A stretch of DNA of 49,278 nt, taken from the IMG/VR virus record IMGVR_UViG_3300045988_165978. One strand, 5' to 3'. The notes below the pieces were generated by a model that had not been told where the DNA came from, did not search any database, and saw nothing but the letters and a program-made list of their open reading frames with translations. Of the stretch, positions 6,779 to 15,544 are shown one piece after another (position 1 is the stretch's first letter; each line of letters opens with the position of its first letter). Source of the DNA: a virus. A program made the translations under genes and the position numbers.

Positions 6779-7333
6779 TTATTGAATAATTACAGGTATC
6801 GTTTTCCCTACTTGTGATTGCATCCACAATATTAGCGAAGAATCATTCGTTGGAAGTTCAATATAATAATATGTATTCCCTTCTACTGGGTTCAGTGTAT
6901 AAGTAGAATTATTAATAGTAAGTTTTATTGTAGATTGACTTAATCCAATAGAAAATGATATCCATAATATATGTAGTAATATCATTTGACTACTAGGATC
7001 TACACTCTGACCAACAGCTAACGATGTAATCTTACTGCCTTTAAATATATTTGGCTCAATACTTCCATATACTTTGCCATCAGCAAATTCAGCACTACTA
7101 TATCCATATTCCCATTGATTTCCACCGTAAGTATATTCACCAATCGTCAAACCTATTCCATCCAACTCTGCACTAACCGTAATATCCCCCGTGACTATTA
7201 CTTTAATAGGGTTTTGAGTCAGATCAATTTCAGAATAAGTCTGTAAAGGCGAGCGTTGATGTCCCCCCCCAGCAACACATTGGTTTTCACTATCTCCAAC
7301 GCTATTCACTGCAATAATATCTTTGTTTTCCAT
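6779..7333 (-). CDS. tail fibre-associated protein, paralog B (184 aa from ATG 7333; the ORF track extends to 7435)
   Basis: GGAGGG 6 nt upstream of ATG at 7333. Motif NPIKVIVTGDITVSAEL. The track's 5' extension overlaps the upstream gene. Confidence 0.6.
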   Translation of the reverse strand: MENKDIIAVNSVGDSENQCVAGGGHQRSPLQTYSEIDLTQNPIKVIVTGDITVSAELDGIGLTIGEYTYGGNQWEYGYSSAEFADGKVYGSIEPNIFKGSKITSLAVGQSVDPSSQMILLHILWISFSIGLSQSTIKLTINNSTYTLNPVEGNTYYYIELPTNDSSLILWMQSQVGKTIPVIIQ

Positions 7334-7335
7334 TT

Positions 7336-7611
7336 TTAACCCTCCTGACAATAAATCTTTTCCAGTTTTTCTTCGCCTTTGTAACCGGTAATCAGTAAAG
7401 AAGTGCCTTTCTTCACTAAAATTGCATAAGGACATTGGCCATTCACACTAAAGTTATATTCCCCGGAATCAGGAAATGTTACTTTAGCATATTCTGCCAT
7501 AGTCATTTTTAATGAATCGTTCTCGTTTTTAAGCGAATCGTTCTCGTTTTCCAGCATTTCGTACTTGCTTTTAGGTACGCCGCCAAGTAATTTTATCAAC
7601 CAGTTAATCAT
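7336..7611 (-). CDS. hypothetical protein with tandem LKNENDS repeat (91 aa)
   Basis: ORF abuts its neighbours. Contains direct nucleotide repeat aatcgttctcgtttt x2 (about 7506-7550). Confidence 0.45.
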   Translation of the reverse strand: MINWLIKLLGGVPKSKYEMLENENDSLKNENDSLKMTMAEYAKVTFPDSGEYNFSVNGQCPYAILVKKGTSLLITGYKGEEKLEKIYCQEG

Positions 7612-8296
7612 TTTCTTCCTCCATTATCACGCCGATTTTTGCGTCACTCTCGAATACAGCTGCCATTCTGCCGTCCTCGGCCGTATACATTGAATAAGTA
7701 CCCGTGATTTGCCATTGCGTAAATTTATATCCGCTGTTTGGCGTACACAGTAAAGTAATAGCTGCTCCATAATTGAATGTAAACGTTGTACCGCCATTTC
7801 CGTTTATCGTTATCACGCCATGAGCAGGCTGAACTACTGTAACCTTGAAGGTCTTTATAGTCGCCGCCGTAGCACTCACCGTAATATTGCCAGTCAACGT
7901 CCCGCCTGTAGTCGATAACGTGCCGGCATTGTAACCGGTATCCGCAGCAATAGAAACTGTATATTCCGTACCATAGGGCAAAGTGACCGAACTGGTATAT
8001 TTATTTCCGTTCGCCGTTACCGTTATCGTTTGGTGGGCGGATTGTACGATACTTATTGTCAGATAACCGCTTATGGCAATAGCGTAAGTCTTACCGTCGG
8101 ATTTCCTGTATATCCTTCCTGCAGTAGTACCGGCAGCGCCAACGGTACGCAAAGCAACAAAACATGTATTACCATCAACTTTCAGCTTTAGGTTAGGGCT
8201 TCCCGCTTCGGCTTCCGTTGAATAAATATCACATGAAACTGCCGCTTCTCCATTTTTCTTTATGTACAGCTTTTTGCTTAAAGTCGCCATGTTCAC
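7604..8296 (-). CDS. tail fibre / receptor-binding protein candidate (230 aa, Thr/Gly/Ala-rich beta protein)
   Basis: Composition and position in the distal tail module. Confidence 0.55.
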   Translation of the reverse strand: MNMATLSKKLYIKKNGEAAVSCDIYSTEAEAGSPNLKLKVDGNTCFVALRTVGAAGTTAGRIYRKSDGKTYAIAISGYLTISIVQSAHQTITVTANGNKYTSSVTLPYGTEYTVSIAADTGYNAGTLSTTGGTLTGNITVSATAATIKTFKVTVVQPAHGVITINGNGGTTFTFNYGAAITLLCTPNSGYKFTQWQITGTYSMYTAEDGRMAAVFESDAKIGVIMEEEND

Positions 8297-8299
8297 ACC

Positions 8300-8539
8300 T
8301 CACTCTACATAAAGCTCTGAACCGTCAGGAAATACTAAGTGCCCAGAAGAATTAAAAACACCTGCATTTATATAGCTCAGAGAGTTCCAGTCAGTAGCAC
8401 CATTGCCGAATTTCATTTTGAATGTATCTGTTTCTAACCCTATTTCACCTTTTGCTAAAGTCGGGTTTTTAGCTTGCCAATTTGCCGCCGTATCATTTCT
8501 GCATGACAAAGATTCGATATTCAATGTTACTTTAGCCAT
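8300..8539 (-). CDS. mini tail-fibre paralog (79 aa): N-terminal fibre domain joined directly to conserved C-terminal motif
   Basis: N-terminus is about 60% identical to 8550..9545 (L.IE.L..RNDTAANW..KNP.LAKGE.G.E.DT.K.KFG.G). C-terminus SGHLVFPDGSELYVE resembles the C-terminus of 10135..10605. Confidence 0.5.
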   Translation of the reverse strand: MAKVTLNIESLSCRNDTAANWQAKNPTLAKGEIGLETDTFKMKFGNGATDWNSLSYINAGVFNSSGHLVFPDGSELYVE

Positions 8540-8549
8540 TCTTCACACC

Positions 8550-9545
8550 TCATGCATTACCGCAGTTTAGTATAAACGTATCAGAATTCTTCACATAGGA
8601 TGCACCGTCAGACAAGCTTTCAACCTTAGTCTTTGCAATGTTGGTATTAAAGTTTGCCGTCGCCCGTTCATCTGTGTAATATAATTTGCTTCCCTCGGCG
8701 ATATCGCTCGTAGTAAGCGTTACCGCGCCTGTTTTTCCGTTGACAGATAATACTGCTGCTGTTGCGCCTCTTAACTGTATCCAGTTATCTAAGACACTTG
8801 CCGGAGACTGCTTTAAGATAAAGCTTCCAGCTCCGTCTGTTCTAACTGCGACATCACCCGTTTGGGCTTCAAGCGCCAGCATTTCTTCCTCATTGTCTAC
8901 TACATGCGGCTCAGTAATTGCAAGGGCAGGAAGAATAGATTCATCAAGTTTGCCGCTCTCATTCAGCATCGGCACATTACCTGCAGCTGAACCAACATTT
9001 TTAGTTGCCGCTGTGCCGATCCCGGTTATTTTACTCGTAGACAGATTCGGAATATCGCTTTCAGAAAGATTGGTTGCCGTTGTTACCCGTCCTTTGGCAT
9101 CAACCGTAACTTTGGTATATGTACCTGCAGTAACACCGCTGTTTCCCAAATTTGCCTGTATGGCAACGGCTGCACTGCCGTCAAAAGAAGCAGAACCGCT
9201 AACATCACCGGAAAGCGTTATACTTCTGGCCGTTTTCAACTTCGTTGCTGCAGTTACCTCACTTACTGACATCGTACCGTCAGAAGCAACAACGACTTTA
9301 TCTGTTCCGGCAGCCTGAGATTTTACGCCGCCTAAGGTACTTGTCGTAGCAGTAGGAAGATCATATTCATTACTGCTGGCGTAACTCAGCTCCTGCCACT
9401 TTGTTATACCATCACCAAACTTAAATTTTTTAGTGTCGATCTCTACGCCCATTTCACCTTTGGCTAATACTGGATTCTTACTGTTCCAATTTGCCGCCGT
9501 GTCATTTCTCATTTGCAGAGTTTCGACTTTTAATGTTTGCGCCAT
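8550..9545 (-). CDS. tail fibre protein (331 aa) with conserved N-terminal fibre domain
   Basis: N-terminal motif typical of Firmicute prophage tail-fibre N-domains. Ser/Thr/Gly/Ala-rich body. Confidence 0.7.
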   Translation of the reverse strand: MAQTLKVETLQMRNDTAANWNSKNPVLAKGEMGVEIDTKKFKFGDGITKWQELSYASSNEYDLPTATTSTLGGVKSQAAGTDKVVVASDGTMSVSEVTAATKLKTARSITLSGDVSGSASFDGSAAVAIQANLGNSGVTAGTYTKVTVDAKGRVTTATNLSESDIPNLSTSKITGIGTAATKNVGSAAGNVPMLNESGKLDESILPALAITEPHVVDNEEEMLALEAQTGDVAVRTDGAGSFILKQSPASVLDNWIQLRGATAAVLSVNGKTGAVTLTTSDIAEGSKLYYTDERATANFNTNIAKTKVESLSDGASYVKNSDTFILNCGNA

Positions 9546-9796
9546 TATGCTTCGCCTCCACTTATAATTTTTATTTCAGTGTAGTCTCTGCCTACACAAA
9601 AATACTTACTGTTTTCTTCGTCCCAGCGGTAACAGGCATTACTGTTTATGTCTATATACAGCGCTGAAACGCTGCCGCGGTTTGGAAACTCATATACAGA
9701 AGAATATTGCTTTATACTGCTTCCATCCCGGACAGAAGGTATACTTATTTTTCCCTTTGCAGAACTTGCCCCTTGTAAAGTACCCTGTAGATTCAT
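9545..9796 (-). CDS. hypothetical tail protein (83 aa)
   Basis: ORF in the tail-fibre module, start overlaps the upstream stop. Confidence 0.45.
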   Translation of the reverse strand: MNLQGTLQGASSAKGKISIPSVRDGSSIKQYSSVYEFPNRGSVSALYIDINSNACYRWDEENSKYFCVGRDYTEIKIISGGEA

Positions 9797-10122
9797 TAAA
9801 ACGTCACCTCTTCTTCAAGTCTGAATTCATGTGGTGTTATTATCGTATCTACATACCCGTCAGATTTTTTCAGCTGCACATCATATACATAATTCCCATA
9901 TTCCAGGTTTTCTGTATCTTCCGGCTGTATTTCAATTTTCCCTGAACTTGCATCCTTCTGTATCAGGATATCCCTCGTTTCGGTATTAGCCTTTACTGTA
10001 AAAGTGATCTCGTCACCTTCTGCCGGTGTATATTCATCACCATTGGCATCGGTTATAGTCAAAGTAAAGATCGCGCTGTCTCCTCGTGTTAGAAAAATTT
10101 TATTCTTAAATATCCTAAACAT
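9796..10122 (-). CDS. Ig-like/beta-sandwich tail accessory protein (108 aa)
   Basis: Acidic beta-rich sequence. Position downstream of the J-like protein. Confidence 0.45.
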   Translation of the reverse strand: MFRIFKNKIFLTRGDSAIFTLTITDANGDEYTPAEGDEITFTVKANTETRDILIQKDASSGKIEIQPEDTENLEYGNYVYDVQLKKSDGYVDTIITPHEFRLEEEVTF

Positions 10123-10134
10123 AGCGGCTTCTCC

Positions 10135-10605
10135 TTACTCTATCCAAAATTCCGAACCGTCTTTTAAAACAACATGCCCGGCACTGTTATAGACGGGGGC
10201 CCAATCGGTAACAGCGGTTTTCATACTCGCAGGGGTTATATAAGTTTCAGTGCTCTCGCCTGCCTCAGCCTGTTCATTAGTCGCCGGGGCTATCACACTT
10301 TTTCGCATAACATAACTGGCGCTGCTGTCAGTTACAGAACTTCCATCTGTTCCCCAAGTCGGCTCACTCGTCCCTGTTTTCCCCGCCGTTACTACTACCG
10401 CTACAAGACCGGATTTCATAGACGGTGAATAAATTACCTGGCCTACTACCAGCTGTGTTTCCGGCTGCCAAAGCCTACTTACCAAAACCTGCATCAGCTG
10501 GTTCTGATTTTCAAGAAACGTCTGTATATCATCATCTGTAGTAGGGTTTTCATCTGATGGGTATCTGTTGTAATTAGAAAAATCCAAACACTTAGGTAAG
10601 CTCAT
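10135..10605 (-). CDS. tail fibre accessory protein (156 aa), C-terminal motif HVVLKDGSEFWIE
   Basis: Shares its C-terminal motif with 8300..8539. Confidence 0.5.
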   Translation of the reverse strand: MSLPKCLDFSNYNRYPSDENPTTDDDIQTFLENQNQLMQVLVSRLWQPETQLVVGQVIYSPSMKSGLVAVVVTAGKTGTSEPTWGTDGSSVTDSSASYVMRKSVIAPATNEQAEAGESTETYITPASMKTAVTDWAPVYNSAGHVVLKDGSEFWIE

Positions 10606-13600
10606 TTTTTTGTGCTCTCCTTTCCTCTGCAGTCTCTTTTATAAAGCCCTGCCATGTGATATCTGCGGTAGTTGCTACCGCTGCACCCGTACTGTCGATA
10701 ATTTTTATTACGCACGGCGTTTTTGATACGATCTGCGGGAAAATCCCCTTTCCATCCACAACCTGCACACTGTCTATCCTGACGCTAGTCGTGTAGTAAT
10801 TCGGCGTTTTTATCGGCAATGTCAAACCGTCTTCCGGAATAACAAGATTCTCAAAATGCTCCTGCTGGTCAGGAACATCTATTATTGCCAGCAACTTATA
10901 CAATACTGTTGCTGACCCGCTTTCCGGTGTTTCAAAGCGAATGTCTATTACATCCCCGCCTGAAACTTTTACTTTTGTCGAATACTGTTTGTACAGATTA
11001 TCTTTTCCCCTGATTTTGTACATTAAATTAGAATAGCCACGGATATCATACTTCAACCAAAAATTGCCGCTGGCTGGCGCCGTAAAGGATGTCGCAAGAT
11101 AGAATGACGAAAATGTTCCGTCCCAATGATTTACGTTTTTACCCTGCCAGAAATGATTTGTTTTACTTTTCCAATAGGCGCTGGTCTGATTAGAATGAAT
11201 CGTTCCGTCTTCTGCTATGCTGCCGTCAGTTTCTATCTCGCCCCAGTTATTTTCCGAAAAATCTTTGGTATAAAGAACGTTTTCTTCTAACGGCTCACCA
11301 AAATCTACAACGCAGGCAGCGTAATTTTTACTTTCCTGTCCGGCATTATCTACTGCCTTTATCATTATGGTATGTTCGCCCTGTCTTACTGTAGATGTTT
11401 CGTAAGGCTGAGTTACAACTAACCCTTCCTGGACTAAATAACCATTTTCCCAGTTCGGCGTAGTACCCTGAATGTACTTAAACTTAAATCCTGCAATATC
11501 GTTAGGCTCAGGATATTCAAAACTCCAATTATAACGCCTGGTCCCGTTGGCCAGTACCTCGGTATCTAGGCTGATTACATCCGGAGGCTTTTTATCTTCC
11601 ACTATCGGGATCGGACCGTAAATAACGCCGCTGGATTTTGTTATTCCCAGTACCGTAACAACTTTGAGCCAGTATTCGGTATTAGCTGTCATATCAGTTT
11701 CGATTTGTGAAGCACTGATTTGTGACTGTAAAACATTGTAGGTATTACCGCCATCAGAAGATATCAGCACCGTAAACCTGCCGCCGTTACTGGGTATGTT
11801 CCAAGAGGCATACAGCCTTGATACCCGCCGCCCGTCTTCTGTAACATACGTTATCTGCGAAGCATTCAGCCCTGTAACGTTTTGGGCTGTTTGGCTCGGT
11901 GTCGCATACTGGATAGGAGGGATCTCATAATCTTCGTTATAAAGATTCTCATTATACTCGATGCACTCTATCTTTCTTGTGAAATCCAGCTCTCTGGTTA
12001 TCGACTTAACGACAAACGGCTTACTTCCCACATTCGCCAGCGCAAGGTCAAAAATATCATCGACCTGAGGCGGATCATCTTCCGCAAACGGTGTCAGTAC
12101 ATACACCTGGCACCAGCCATTCTCATTTCTTTCGATCTCCACGGCACTTGAATAAAGGTTATCATTGACGGTTCGGTACATGATCCGATATGAACCTTCT
12201 GTACTATCGAGTTCTACCGGCAGTAACAGCGATCTTCCGCTTATCGCATAAATACGCCCGCTTTTCGCCCATTTTGGAACATCATGTGCGACCAGGATAA
12301 CGTCCCCCAGCGTACAGGCTATTGCGTCAACATTCGCCTGAAAGCTTATCGTCCTTAACTGATATTTATTGCAATAAAGCTGATATACACCTTCCCTGTA
12401 CGCCTGTTCGTAACTCGTTATTCCATCATAGGTGATTTGCGCCGCCTTTTCTTCTTCCTCCTTATCATACGTATCGCTGTAGATACAAACCGTCTGCCGG
12501 GAATAGTCGCTTGCCGCATCGGTATAGGTTACTTCTACAAGGTTAGCACGATCTGAGGTCTGCAAAAATTCTTCCTGAAAGCTGCCGCTTATAATATTGC
12601 CCATTCCAAACATCTGTACCGGCTGTTTTACGCAATCCCATACACACCCGTATCGGGTGCCAAAGCGCACTACCATGCCACGGCCGACATTTGCGATTTT
12701 CTGATTGATAACTTCCAGCATATCACCAGCCTGGTTGATTTCGATGTTGATTTTGAAGTTTTTGCTGTCGCAGAAATCAGCCCATTCCTTAAACTGGTCA
12801 TACAGCATGAGCTCTTTCTTTACGCCTCTTACCTCATATTCAAAAAGCAATGTATTCACGTTATAAAGCTGGCTTGCCATATGGATCATGTCATAACATG
12901 CCCACGCCGGATTATCAGAAGCTTTTTGTTCGTATATCTCGGTATACGGATTCCATACCAATACATACTCACGGGTTTTTAAGAAGCTTACCGTCGGACT
13001 GCCGCTGATCTGGTCAGTTGCCAGGGCTTTTATTCCGACAAGGGCTATATTGGGATAAGAAAAATCATCGTAGACTATGGATGTCACACTGCTCCAATAA
13101 CACCTTACGGAAGCACGGCTGTTCGTAACCTCATGGCTCCGAGCAATCACCTTCATTTTGACTTCATATTCACCGGAAGGCAGATTGTCTACCCGCCATT
13201 CTCGCCTGAGCGCCGAAGACTGGCTGCCGTTGACCCTTTCACCGATAAACTGCGTCCAGTCTGTTTCCCCTTTCTTTCTGTAAAGACCCTGCAGTTCTAC
13301 CCACGCATTACCCAACGAACCATTATCTTCTGCATAGTATAAACCGCTCGAAAACTCAACTTTTGCAATAATGCCTTCCGTAGCATTCCCCTGAGCGGAA
13401 TCAATTCGCTCTGTTTCCAAAAGTTGATAGCCGAGTGATTTTGTAAAGTAGGTATCGTTAAAGTTACTGATTATCGGCTGATTATTTACGCCCTCTCTGG
13501 TCTCTAAAGTCATTCCTTCGTAATACTCTACCGGATTATCATTTACTAAAACATTAGAGATAGTGAGCGGGCCTTCACCTGCAGCAATAAGCCAGTTAAG

Positions 13601-14179
13601 ATATTCCTTATCGCTTGCTATGCTCACAAATTTTGATATTGTCTGACCAGCACTTTTTACTGTGCCGTAGGTGATTGCTATGGCATTATTCTGCCCTTCC
13701 ATCGTTTGAACGTCGCTCCACGAATACGTCGGGTTATTTTCATAGCTGCCATATGCTCCCAGGTCAGAAGTACCATAAAAGGTTCTTCCTATAAGCGAAG
13801 AACCTATGAACATTACCGCTGCTGCTGACAAATAGCCGATTGTCGTCCAACCTGCAGTTGCCCCGAGAGCAGACCAACCAACACCACTTACTAATCCACC
13901 AACACCAAATGATACAACAGACAGGGCAACAGCAGCTATAACGCCTAAAACTTTACCGCCGCCTTTAGCTATTACAGGGAATAATACGACAAAATCACCA
14001 GAGCGAACTTTCGTTCTCCCCTTTACCATATAACCATTTATCGTTGCCTGCAGTTCCACACCTTCTATAGCGTACTGCTTTAAAAGCTCTTCTATAGAAG
14101 TACCTTCACATTCTATTAGCTTTACTATTCTGCCCTCTGCAGGAGCGAAAGGATTTTTAACGATTACCAGCCTTACCAT
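10592..14179 (-). CDS. host-specificity protein J-like central tail fibre/tip protein (1195 aa) with gpI-like N-terminal segment
   Basis: Size and position after M/L/K-like genes. N-terminal 100 aa (GGGK...hydrophobic) resemble tail assembly protein I, so an I-J fusion is inferred. Confidence 0.8.
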   Translation of the reverse strand: MVRLVIVKNPFAPAEGRIVKLIECEGTSIEELLKQYAIEGVELQATINGYMVKGRTKVRSGDFVVLFPVIAKGGGKVLGVIAAVALSVVSFGVGGLVSGVGWSALGATAGWTTIGYLSAAAVMFIGSSLIGRTFYGTSDLGAYGSYENNPTYSWSDVQTMEGQNNAIAITYGTVKSAGQTISKFVSIASDKEYLNWLIAAGEGPLTISNVLVNDNPVEYYEGMTLETREGVNNQPIISNFNDTYFTKSLGYQLLETERIDSAQGNATEGIIAKVEFSSGLYYAEDNGSLGNAWVELQGLYRKKGETDWTQFIGERVNGSQSSALRREWRVDNLPSGEYEVKMKVIARSHEVTNSRASVRCYWSSVTSIVYDDFSYPNIALVGIKALATDQISGSPTVSFLKTREYVLVWNPYTEIYEQKASDNPAWACYDMIHMASQLYNVNTLLFEYEVRGVKKELMLYDQFKEWADFCDSKNFKINIEINQAGDMLEVINQKIANVGRGMVVRFGTRYGCVWDCVKQPVQMFGMGNIISGSFQEEFLQTSDRANLVEVTYTDAASDYSRQTVCIYSDTYDKEEEEKAAQITYDGITSYEQAYREGVYQLYCNKYQLRTISFQANVDAIACTLGDVILVAHDVPKWAKSGRIYAISGRSLLLPVELDSTEGSYRIMYRTVNDNLYSSAVEIERNENGWCQVYVLTPFAEDDPPQVDDIFDLALANVGSKPFVVKSITRELDFTRKIECIEYNENLYNEDYEIPPIQYATPSQTAQNVTGLNASQITYVTEDGRRVSRLYASWNIPSNGGRFTVLISSDGGNTYNVLQSQISASQIETDMTANTEYWLKVVTVLGITKSSGVIYGPIPIVEDKKPPDVISLDTEVLANGTRRYNWSFEYPEPNDIAGFKFKYIQGTTPNWENGYLVQEGLVVTQPYETSTVRQGEHTIMIKAVDNAGQESKNYAACVVDFGEPLEENVLYTKDFSENNWGEIETDGSIAEDGTIHSNQTSAYWKSKTNHFWQGKNVNHWDGTFSSFYLATSFTAPASGNFWLKYDIRGYSNLMYKIRGKDNLYKQYSTKVKVSGGDVIDIRFETPESGSATVLYKLLAIIDVPDQQEHFENLVIPEDGLTLPIKTPNYYTTSVRIDSVQVVDGKGIFPQIVSKTPCVIKIIDSTGAAVATTADITWQGFIKETAEERRAQKNELT

Positions 14180-14600
14180 TACGATCTCCTATATATTCAT
14201 AAAACCCGACAATCACTTTACGCCATGCCGGAGATTCAATGTGATCTATACATACACCTATATTTTCCCTGATATGGATAAATTTGCCGTTACCGATATA
14301 ACATCCTGTATGATTGACGATTCCAGGCGGCGCGCCAAAACGAATAGCGATAACACAAGGAGCTGATATTTCACCTTTACTTACTTCACGCCATACGCTT
14401 GTTTTGACAGCCTCTGTACAAATTAAGGAATTTATTTTCTCCACGTCGTCAAAATCAGCCGTGAACTCTGGCAAGTCTATTCCGAACCGCCGATATACTT
14501 CCATTACCAAACCATAACAATCTACGCCGCTTGTTATGTCCCTGCCTCGATTTTTAAACTGTACCCCAATTAGATCGGCGTAATTTATTGTTTTATCCAT
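14157..14600 (-). CDS. tail assembly protein K-like NlpC/P60 peptidase (147 aa from ATG 14600)
   Basis: Cys...His NlpC/P60-like motifs (VDCYGLV; HTGCYIG...H). Synteny between the L-like and J-like genes. Confidence 0.6.
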   Translation of the reverse strand: MDKTINYADLIGVQFKNRGRDITSGVDCYGLVMEVYRRFGIDLPEFTADFDDVEKINSLICTEAVKTSVWREVSKGEISAPCVIAIRFGAPPGIVNHTGCYIGNGKFIHIRENIGVCIDHIESPAWRKVIVGFYEYIGDRNGKAGNR

Positions 14601-15201
14601 TGATGTACACCCCTTTCTGGTCAATACCCGGGAAGCCGCCAAAACGTTGGCTGTTGTTGCGCTCCCGGCAGTCCTGCAGAGTATGGTTACATGTTTTCAG
14701 TTCGCTTGTCGCTCCACAACGAAGCCCCTTATATTTAAAGGGACAGTTATTTTTCATATACCTGTTTAAAGGACGACGTGTTTTGGAACTGTAGCCGCTG
14801 CCTAATGTAAATGTTATGTACTGCTGATTGACAGTGCATTTCTGAACTACATAGTGTTCTTCTACTTCCGCTGTAGCCTCGTCCAATGCTTTACTGTTTA
14901 CCACGCGTACAATGACTTCCGTATTATTTCCGCCACCAGCTTCTTCGACATAATACTGCAAAGCCTGGGATACATTATCTACCTGAATCTCCAAGTTTGG
15001 ATCGCTGCCGGTACTGTCTTCGCCTACTTCACCTAACGAGAACGGAAAAGCCTGATACAAATTACCATTCCAAATTACGTCCTCGATGTTATAACAAATG
15101 CGTATCGGTTCTTCAAAGCAAATATCCAAAAGTATGATAAAGGCGCTGTCTGTAGACAGCTTATTTTTTTCTGCTTTAGCAATAGCTGACAAACTGAGCA
15201 T
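14593..15201 (-). CDS. minor tail protein L-like (202 aa)
   Basis: Conserved C-terminal Cys cluster NCPFKYKGLRCG...C as in lambda gpL. Synteny. Confidence 0.6.
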   Translation of the reverse strand: MLSLSAIAKAEKNKLSTDSAFIILLDICFEEPIRICYNIEDVIWNGNLYQAFPFSLGEVGEDSTGSDPNLEIQVDNVSQALQYYVEEAGGGNNTEVIVRVVNSKALDEATAEVEEHYVVQKCTVNQQYITFTLGSGYSSKTRRPLNRYMKNNCPFKYKGLRCGATSELKTCNHTLQDCRERNNSQRFGGFPGIDQKGVYING

Positions 15202-15202
15202 C

Positions 15203-15544
15203 TCACACCTCCGTCAGCTCTAAGGTTATGGTCCAATAATCTAAAGTGCTGAGTTCAACATTACTGACATTGGTTATCCGAACCTCTATTTCTTTATTCG
15301 TCGCAGGATTCGTCCAGGTAAAACTCTGCGCCGAATACTTGACTTTTTTCGTTATAAACTCATAAAGAATCTCATATTCATCTTGCGGCAGAGAATTCCA
15401 TTTCAAAGTATATTTTGCCCTGCTGCGTGTAAATTTGACCCGTGATTGCATACTGCCGTCTTCAAAATTACTACGCAGTGAATTATCCTCTACTTCCATA
15501 CCTATCGGATAACTCGGAGCCCGTATTTCCGGAAACGTGATCAC
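15203..15544 (-). CDS. minor tail protein M-like (113 aa)
   Basis: Size and position immediately after the tape measure (lambda M is 109 aa). Confidence 0.5.
   Translation of the reverse strand: MITFPEIRAPSYPIGMEVEDNSLRSNFEDGSMQSRVKFTRSRAKYTLKWNSLPQDEYEILYEFITKKVKYSAQSFTWTNPATNKEIEVRITNVSNVELSTLDYWTITLELTEV

Noticed and set aside
8686-9318. 210-aa plus-strand ORF (and similar plus-strand ORFs 19316..20065, 23934..24353, 25809..26303, 28681..29397, 38681..39298, 1209..1712, 17353..17766)
   Set aside because: Antisense to long, well-supported minus-strand structural/enzymatic genes. Low-complexity Ser/Leu/Pro-rich translations. No ribosome-binding sites.
6290-9545. Diversity-generating retroelement targeting tail fibres
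   Set aside because: No reverse transcriptase ORF and no template/variable repeat pair with adenine-specific differences anywhere in the window.
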